Program-made: the position numbers and the translations under genes
Shown: in pieces, positions 55,521-64,000 of the stretch
Position numbering within the stretch: the stretch's first letter is position 1
How the letters are laid out: every line of letters starts with the position of its first letter
Origin: Octopus vulgaris
Lineage: Eukaryota
Assembly: GCA_951406725.2 (NCBI GenBank)
Contig: OX597824.1
Location: 61,008,001-61,072,000, forward strand
Length of the DNA: 64,000 bases
Reading direction: 5' to 3'
The notes under the pieces: model-generated
Database searches by the model: none
Seen by the model: the letters and a program-made list of their open reading frames with translations, nothing else
What the model was told of the DNA's origin: nothing

Positions 55521-56084
55521 TTAGCCAACGCCAAACTTGACCACCAGAAAGAATAAGACATCATCAGAATTATAACGAATTAATAATTAGATCCATTCAC
55601 GGAAAATAATTATAAATACAGATTCCAGAACACACTTTTTTTTTACTGTCTACTTTTTTTATTTTTCTCTGTCTTAACTCAGTATGATCGAACTTTTGGT
55701 GATCCACATTTTTTATATTTTTCCCCGATCATTTTTGATCTTATTGAAATGTTTTTACATTTAATCATTTAGACATGTTGATTCACGTGTTTAATATTCT
55801 TCGCCGTTCGTTTTGATATTATCGAATTTTGTGAACATTTAATCAGTTAAACATGTTTTCTAGTTCACAGTTTAAATTTTTTTAAATCCTATACGTTTAT
55901 ATTATTGATAAGCAAAAAATTGTTGAAACTGGTTTGGTTTGTATGTAAATAAATTTATTCAAAAACAATTGCAAGTTTTTACAAATTCAGGTGGATCTTC
56001 AAAAACAAATTCTCCTATATTTTTCCTACGTGGAAATACACCCCTTCTTTCCACACACACACACACACATACATACACACACAT

Positions 56085-56720
56085 TAAAGTTAGGGTTAAT
56101 AGCACATGTGTTGTGACCTCGATGTTCTATGGAAGTGAGACGTAGGTTGTTTATCGTAGGAATTTATGGCATTTGGAACGACATCCTCAATATTGTCTTT
56201 GGAAAATTCATAGGATAAATTAGAAAACAGCAATCAGCGATGTGGAGGTACTTGAGAGAAATGATAGTAGGCGTGTAGAATCGATGATTCTGCAAAGTCG
56301 TTTGAGGTGGAGTGGTCATCTGGTGAGAATGAATGATGAAAGACTTCCTAAGCAACTTTTGTATGGTAAGCTGGAAGATGGTAGGGGACCAGCTCATAAA
56401 CCCAATATGAGGTTCAAGCACTGCCTCAGAATAGCTATGACACAGACAGGAGTTTCAGTTATTGATTGGGAGAGAGAGGCACAAGACCGAAATGGATGGA
56501 GGAAAGGCGTGCGCAGTAGTTGTTTGAAAGAGAGCGAATGAAGCCCGAGAAGATCAAGAGAAGGTTTAGAAAGAATAAACCTGTAGAAAATGAGGGAGTG
56601 TTACTTTTTATGTGTGTGATTTGTGGAAGGAAATGCTTGAGTCATGCAGGCCTTGTCAGCCATCAGAGAACTTACAGTTGTCACCTGGGGAAAGCATTCT
56701 CAGAATTGCCAACAATTATA
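56085..56720 (+). mobile_element. 3' end of an RTE LINE with a terminal C2H2 finger
   Basis: FYGSET..RLRWSGHLVRMNDERLPKQLLYGKL..AQDRNGWR; FMCVICGRKCLSHAGLVSHQRT. Confidence 0.85.
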
Positions 56721-57260
56721 AAGTAAACAAATGCAGATTTGTGGTAGTAAAGTTCCATAAAGAGCATACATACCATGACGTTCTTTCTTCAGTTCTTTGA
56801 CCATACTTGACAAAAAGTGACCTTGACCCATGTGATCTCGCAATTAATACATTAAAGGCGCTTTCAAACTACCAATATTCATAACAAGTAGTTAAAAGTT
56901 CAACAAAACATGTCTCACCTGGTTTGCAATGATATTCACACTAAACCAAAGTACAGTGTGCAAATTCCACAAGGAGCGCAAAAATGTGTTGCTTATTAAC
57001 ATTTAGTAGTATGAATGACATTTCTGTCATCATCATGACATTTAAAACTGTTTACATTGAAATTCGCGAAAGTTGCTCAAGTTTGATACTTTTATTTATA
57101 GAAGATACTTAACTTTTGTTTTTATTTTTGCTGTTTCATTTACTTCAAATTATATCGAAAAACTGTTTTCAAAGTTATGTCATGCTCCATACATGGGTCT
57201 ACATTTGATGAAGCGAAATTTATCTTTAGACATTACCGAGAATGTTGAAACATGTATACG

Positions 57261-58710
57261 TATAACAAAAGAAACGCGATTTTTTTTTCAAATGTCACTT
57301 TTATATGGTAAATTCTGAAATTTTATTTCGGGGATGTAAGTGTAAATATTCTAAGACATGCTGACTTATGGCTGAGACCCAGATTGCAGGAAACCTTTCA
57401 ACTTTCCCTGAAATGAGACGCCAAAACGCAGCTGCGTTGAATGCCGTGGGTAGCAGTCGCAAACAATTGTCATGAAAATCGAAATGCACGTGCATCTCGT
57501 GGAGGTTATGGGTACAAAAATCAACTTGAACCGCCTGGCATTTGTAATTGGACGCATCTAGTATGACCCGATTGTCAGCAGCTCAGAAACAACAAGCTAT
57601 CGGCCGATTGCAAGCAGGGCAGCATGCCCTGGTTGTTGCGAAAGCTTGCAATATCCATGTCAATACCATATATCGCCAGCAACAGCGATAAAGCAACACC
57701 AACAATACTGCAGACCGTACCCGCAGAGGTCGCGCCCGAGTGACCAGGCCCAGGCAGGACCGCTTCACCCACTTGCAACACTTCTGTGATCGCTTCAGAC
57801 CGGCCAGCGTGACAGCTCATGAGACCATTGGCACTGGACAGCGACTCATCAGCGACGACACAGCACGACGTCGACTGGTCGCCAGCAACCTGTGTTGCTG
57901 TGGTCCTGCTCGAGGACCTGTCCTCACCGCCCGCCACTGTCGGGCACGACTACAGTGGGCTACACAGTGGGAATGGCATCAAGCGCTACGTTGACCAGAT
58001 CCTAAGACTTCACATCGTGCCTTCTTCGCGCATCACCATAGCCATGTGTTCCAGCAGGACAATGTGCTCCCTCCCACACGGCCAGGGTGACTATGGATTT
58101 CTTGCGTCAGCACAATATCAGAACCATGCCGTAGCCGGTTCTGAACCCAATTTGAACACCTGTGGGATGAAATCTAGGGACGGCTGAACCAGGTGGTCCC
58201 AAGGCCGAACCGCCTCATGCACTCCATGTGCCGTCGGTATAAGGCGGCGAGCTGGCAGAAACGTTAGCACGCCGGGCGAAATGCTTAGAGGTATTTCGTC
58301 TGCTGCTACGTTCTGATTCAAATTCCGCCGAGGTCGACTTTGCCTTTCATCCTTTCGGGGTCGATAAATTAAGTACTAGTTACGCCCAGGAGTCGATGTA
58401 ATCGACTTAACACCTATGTCTGTCCTTGTTTGTCCCCTCTATGTTTAGCCCCTTGTGGGTAATAAAGAAATAGGTATATGGCCATTTTGAACACCTAGCG
58501 AGGTCATACACGGTTTTGAACATGTCACGCCCTACAATCTCGATGTGCTGGATCCGCCCACTACCAGAACACATGGCAACGACCCATAACTGTGGTCAAA
58601 GTGCATCAAAGAAATTGACTTTATCAGATTTATCAAAATTAATCTCTGACATAATGAAATTAAAACACATTTCACATTCACACACGTCTCGTGTTTCTTT
58701 TGCGGTTATA
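57261..58710 (+). mobile_element. Degraded Tc1-like transposon interrupted by a SINE
   Basis: Imperfect TIRs (caaaagaaacgcga / tcgtgtttcttttg); MTRLSAAQKQQAIGRLQAG..RGRARVT..QDRF..RARLQWA..FQQDN..PHTAR. Confidence 0.8.
58242..58475 (+). mobile_element. SINE family A nested in the Tc1-like element
   Basis: Near-consensus copy; ggtata on both sides. Confidence 0.9.
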
Positions 58711-58805
58711 TTATATTATATTACATTATATCATATTATAATATATTATATTATATTATATTATATTATATTATATTATATTATATTTAGGTGTCGTTAT
58801 GTATA

Positions 58806-59090
58806 GGCGCGGTTGTGTAGTAAGAAGCTTGCTTCCCAACTACATGGTTCAGAATTCAATCCACTGCGTGGCCATCTTGGGCGTGCGTCTTCTACTATAG
58901 CATCGGTCCGACCAAAGCCTTGTGAGTGGATTTGATAGACAGAGACTGAAAGAAGCCCGTCGTATATATGTGTGTGTATCTGCCTGTTTGTCATCCGTCA
59001 TCGCTCGACAACCGATCCTGGTGTGCTTATGTCCTCCGTAACTTAGCGGTTCAACAAAAGAAACCGATTGAAATACTAGGCTTACAAAGA
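58806..59090 (+). mobile_element. SINE family B
   Basis: ggttgtgtagtaagaagcttgcttcccaac..ccgaccaaagccttgtgagtggattt..gaaagaagcccgtcg. Confidence 0.85.
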
Positions 59091-59499
59091 ATTTTCACGA
59101 TTTTTATTTTGTATATTGAAAAGATCTTTTTACAATGTTGAAATGTGTTAAACATTAAAAAAATAATTTTGTAATGTTCATAAAGTTCAATTAGCACTTT
59201 CATAGTAATCATCAGATTTCAAAATGTATTTAACTGACAGTTGAGTACTTGACAACTGTAGTAAAATTACAGACTTTTCCTTTTTTATACCTCTTAGAAG
59301 GCTTCAACAAGCTGAATTTTTCGAATGCAGTTTTGACCAATCCGCATGCAGCTTAAACGTCACGGTTTGCCGGAACACCGATATTACTGGCATAGATCCC
59401 GCCTTTATTTTAACCAATTAGCTTGCTGTTTACATGTAATGGTTTTATGAGTTGGTGGGAGTTTTCTGTGATCTGTTTATATTCATATGTTAAAGATAT

Positions 59500-60970
59500 T
59501 TTTTAATCCTCAACATTAACTGGTTGTTATATTATTGTTATTATTTCCGTTCCGAACAGATTTGAACATTTTAATAAAACATTTTTCTTTTATCTTTCTT
59601 CCAACCTCACTTGTGTCATGTAGTTTGTACAAAGGAAAAATTTTCTAATCCACATGTTTCTATATGTTCACTCAATGGAATGTGGCGAACATTAGTGCTC
59701 CGGATTTGTTGTCTGTAGGCTCGTGAGCGTTCCGATAAGACGTTTCTTGTCGCGCCAATGTATAGGTCCTCGCAATTTGGGCATATGATGCAGTATATCA
59801 AATTTCTGCTTTTGCAGTTCATATCTGCATTACTGAACGTTCCACATCTGTTATTATTACACTAAGATACTGTGAATGTTTTATCCTGTTTGTTCATGTT
59901 GAATTTTGCCTTTGTTAATAGTTTCTTTAGGTTATGTGGTTGCCTTTTGCTTAAGATAAGTGTTTGATTGGTTATTATGCATTTTAAATCTTTCACTTTG
60001 TTTCATGATTGGCAAATTTGTTTTGATGATGTTAAAAATGTTTTGGTGATGCAGATTTTGTGTTACTAGAAATGGTATTCTGTTCCGTTGATGGATTCGT
60101 CTTTCTCGTGTTATCCTATGTTGTTCTATAGGTATCTCTTTTGCTAGTTGTATGCTATTTTCTATAAGTAGGAGAGGGTGTCTTTGCTTGAGCAGACATT
60201 TTTTGAGTTCTATAAGTCGTATGTTCCTGGTATTTGGATCATCTGTTATAGTACAAATTTTCTTGACTAGACAGTACGGGACAGTGTTTTGTGTGTGTTG
60301 GGTAACAAGATTTGGAATTTAGGTGCTGGTATGTATCTGTTCTTTTGTAATACATATCAGTTGTGATTGTGGTGTTGTTTTAATTACCATTATATTAAGA
60401 AATGGTAATTGTGTGTTGCTCGTTTCTCTTGTGAATTTGAGACTAGAGCGTAGATTGTTGAGGAGGTTGCTGAATTCTTCCAGATTTTCTAGGGATTTGG
60501 TCCAAATTAGGAAACAATCATCGAGGTATCTTTTCCATGTGTCCTCTATATGTTTTCTAAAGGTCATGCCATAGTTCTCTTCAATTTTTTTTTATATAGG
60601 GTTTGTTCCAAGTATCCCAATACTGAGTTCACGAAAACTGGAGCAAATCGCGTCTCCATAGCTATGCCTCGAATTTGGAGGTAGATTTTTTCCGTTGAAA
60701 AGAATGTATTGTTTACTAGGATGAGGCTGACCGCATCTAATCGTTCTTATATAAGTTTGTTACATCAAAACTAACCGTGAATTGGATTCTGTTGTTTTGG
60801 GCAAACGTGACAGGAAATCGATGTTATCCCGAATGAAACTGGGTGTGACTACATAGTGGTTTTTGGATAATGTCAATGAGGTTGCTTAGACGATGTGTAG
60901 GACAGGTTGGACATGCTGGACAGGCTATAATGAGTCTTTGTTTAAGGTCTTTTGGTTGTAGTACTCTTCG
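59500..60970 (-). mobile_element. Penelope-like element (RT plus GIY-YIG), degraded
   Basis: CPTHRLSNLIDI, YLQIRGIAM..FAP, WKRYLDDCFLIW..LKFT..LPFL; GIY-YIG MNCKSRNLIYCIICPNCEDLYIGAT..LSER..H. Confidence 0.9.
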
Positions 60971-61079
60971 AGAACAATACATTCTTGAAAAATTTAGCTT
61001 GCTCGATATTTGACATATGGAATAGCCAATGGGCTTTATTTTGAGATTTTAAAAAATAGAAACTTTCTTATGACCTGAT

Positions 61080-61572
61080 GCTATTGTGAGCAACTGTAAG
61101 AAAATGGTCGTAAGTCCGTTTTAAGTGGTATTTCAAATTGGAACACGCTTGACATTTTCACGGATTCGTGATACGTTCGATACACATAGTTCCGTGTGTG
61201 ATGTACAGAAGGAAAAAGTCCGTCAGAGATCGTACAGTAACAAGTGTTGCTATGGTATTAGAACATTTCACACACTCGCCACAATGTGCACGCATGGCAG
61301 GAATAAGCAGAATCAACGTTTGTGAGTGGTTTCAACATATGGTACGTGAGAGGTTTATCAGGACGAGTGTGTGGTCTGATGAAGCACAATTTAGGCTTAT
61401 GGGACGGTGAACCGATATAATTGTTTTTGTTGGACACCATAAAATTCCTGCTTGTATGTGGACAACACAATCAATTTGCCGGGGGTGGAGTATCATCAAG
61501 AGGTTTAATAGGACATATTTATTTTAAGGTGTTGTTACTGGTCAAGCGTACTTAGATATGCTACGCTCGACC
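61080..61572 (+). mobile_element. Tc1-like transposase fragment
   Basis: RIRDTFDTHSSVCD..FTHSP..VWSDEAQF..NC..GVSSRGLIG. Confidence 0.6.
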
Positions 61573-62427
61573 ATTTTATCGGCCGTACGTCCCCGTAACT
61601 AAGCAGTTCAACAAAAAAGACCGATAGAATAAGTACCAGTACTTGAAATAAAATAGGCACTGGGGTCGATTCATTCGAATAAACTTCTCCGAGGCGGTGC
61701 CCCCAACGTACCACAGTCTAATGGGTGAAACAAGCAAAAGATAAAAGATAGTAAATATGCTTTGTCTAACTGATCGGAGCTCACGCCGTTTTACATTGTC
61801 TCTGACACCAAATGTATTTCGCCTTTGACCCATCCGAAACAGCTAAGATGCTGACTGAAAACATTTCGTTAGGTTTGTTCGTTCAACTCCCTCACACGAC
61901 CAAAACCTTATAACGCCAAATGCTGAAATGGTTTACACGCAGTTACACTATGACAGTACATGGAGGAAATATATTTCACAATTTGTTTCCTATCGCCTAA
62001 ATTCCCTTCACATTGGTCAACTTGAGGCTATGGTAGAAGACACTTTCTCAAGATACTAGCTGGATCCAAGAACATCGCTGTTACGAAGTAAACATTTTAA
62101 CCATATATATTCGTGTGATTAAACTGAGAGTAAGTCCCTGCCGGTAACACATTCATCTGCCGCACCACCTGCAAGATCTCTCGACACTCAAACTACAGCC
62201 AGTTCTTTTGGTTTTTTGCAAAGAATGTGTCTATCAACTTTGTGGAAACCTCTTATTCAGTGCTCATCAACCCAAGCTCAATAAGGAGCACCCGGGGAAA
62301 AAACTTGCACTATTGTTGTCCGGTGTGCTTTAATGATAAATCTGCAATGCACGCATTCGACAAGGCTTCTCTGAAATTCTGTATTCTACTAAGCTTCTCT
62401 CTCACCTTCTACCTTCTACCTCTATTT

Positions 62428-62494
<67 letters not shown>

Positions 62495-62524
62495 ACATAT
62501 ATATATATATACAAGAATGTTGTT

Positions 62525-62571
62525 GACAGTGACTTCGAAGTTTCAGCCAGCTAAGCCAACATCGGACTGTG
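62525..62571 (-). ncRNA. Minimal type I hammerhead ribozyme motif, inverted copy
   Basis: cACAGT-CCGATGt-tggcttagctggct-GAAA-CTTCGAAG-TC-ACTGTc, with palindromic stem III ACTTCGAAGT. Confidence 0.6.
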
Positions 62572-63046
62572 ATGCATTTGAGTTAACCTTGCCTTCACAT
62601 GGTCTCTGTTGAGTTTAAAATATTTTTTGGTGTGTGGATTTGAATGGGGTTGTAATTAGCTTTTTATGGTCGGATTTTATGGAAGGGTGTTTGGGAAAAA
62701 ATTTTATTGATTAAATTTATTTAGAATTCATTCAAGCATGTAGAACTTTGTAAACAAGCCAGTATCTCTTTCTCTTTTGTTTGGTAGTGAGAGTATTTTT
62801 ATTGCTTTTAGTATTATTTTGCTTAGACAATATAGACGCCAAAGGTGCAAAGTCAGTATTTTAAGCGTTGTAATTGGGTGTGTCAATTTTTTTCCATAAA
62901 AAAATGTAGGTATGTGATAAGTCTAGGCTGGCCCTGTCTTTACTTGTAATAATTTAGAATGCTTCCTGTGTTCATTCTTAAGGTTTGATTTATTATTCAG
63001 GCATGTCATGGCTCTCTACAGGGAGATAACAATAACTCTAATGCAT

Positions 63047-63093
63047 GACAGTCCGACGATGGCTTAGCTGGTCGAAACTTCAGAGTCACTGTC
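63047..63093 (+). ncRNA. Minimal type I hammerhead ribozyme motif (variant core)
   Basis: GACAGT-CCGACGA-tggcttagctggtc-GAAA-cttcagag-TC-ACTGTC: stem I GACAGT/ACTGTC and a GUC site. Confidence 0.65.
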
Positions 63094-63246
63094 AACAACA
63101 TTCTTGTATAAGAATGATAAATTTGTACTCTACAAAAGTAAAGAGATCTCGCCAGATTAATGTAAAATTGTAAATGAACATAAAAAACATTTATATTTTA
63201 TACACACACACATATACATACATGCAACACACACACAGAAACATAT

Positions 63247-63287
<41 letters not shown>

Positions 63288-63289
<2 letters not shown>

Positions 63290-63600
63290 CCCAGAGTCAT
63301 ACATAGGTGAGACTTCTAGGAGTATCAATGATAGGTTCAAAGAACACCTGGACAACTACATTGTAAGGAAACCAAACTCCATCTTCTATCAACATGATCT
63401 AGACTGCCACAAGGGATCCTTAGGGAAATTTAAGTTAAACATCCTATCAACACATCCCACCGATGCAATGTTGAGACAGATCACAGAAGCTGTTTGTATA
63501 CAAGAATACAAACCTACTTTCAACCGAAAATCCGGATGGACTGACATCCAGATCCCATTCAGGAGGACCATTCTATAACCACCCCTCTCACTCGTTTACA
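63288..63600 (+). mobile_element. Penelope GIY-YIG endonuclease C-terminal fragment
   Basis: SYIGETSRSINDRFKEH..HDLDCH..RQITEAVCIQEYKPTFN; starts right after (TA)n. Confidence 0.85.
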
Positions 63601-64000
63601 TGTGATCCTTACATACATGTTGATATGAGTGGTGCTAAAACACATATGTGCAGTTATATATAACCGTATAAGCGTACGTTGTTTGATACGTATGTGCGTG
63701 TGTGGTGCTAAAAAAATGCATGCGCATATGAGTATGTATGGATGGATGTATGTATTGTATATGTATGCGTTTAAGCATATATATAAAAAAAAGAGCAGAT
63801 AGGTTAATATAATGCATGTTCGATTTTTAACCGTTGCCCTTGAATACTGTGTCATATTTATGTATGTATGTGTGTGTATGCGTATGTATGTTTATGCGTG
63901 TGTATATGTGTGTGTGTGCGTGTGTGTGTATGTGTGTAATAATACATATGTATGTAGAAGTGAATAACCATATATGAGTATATAATTTAAGATTATATGT

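Larger units (their letters stand above)
62508..63110. mobile_element. Truncated Penelope-like insertion bounded by ~70 bp inverted repeats that each carry a hammerhead
   Basis: 62508-62578 is the imperfect reverse complement of 63040-63110; the interior is AT-rich and only weakly GIY-YIG-like. Confidence 0.65.

Overview
This is eukaryotic, AT-rich and extremely microsatellite- and transposon-dense DNA. The tRNA-derived SINE families and the (TA)n/(ATT)n/(GATA)n load look like a coleoid cephalopod (Octopus-like) intron or intergenic region; that taxon call is inference from recalled repeat families. I found no intact host gene, rRNA, tRNA or CRISPR array, and most listed ORFs are microsatellite read-throughs or decayed TE frames. 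Recognisable content: degraded R4/Dong-clade (RLE), RTE, CR1/L2-group and Tx1/L1 LINEs; Penelope (RT + GIY-YIG) fragments; a Gypsy LTR element; mariner, Tc1-like and Chapaev3-like DNA transposons, MITEs and a non-autonomous Helitron; three SINE families; a ~2.95 kb tandem duplication; and a ~1.75 kb (TTA)n tract. The most notable patterns are (1) several fold-back palindromes centred on hammerhead-ribozyme cores, probably Penelope ends, (2) a nest of different retroelements all sitting in (TAA)n repeats, (3) RTE tails carrying tandem C2H2 fingers, and (4) a small unique island with splice-like signals. Coordinates were read by eye, and element boundaries are approximate.
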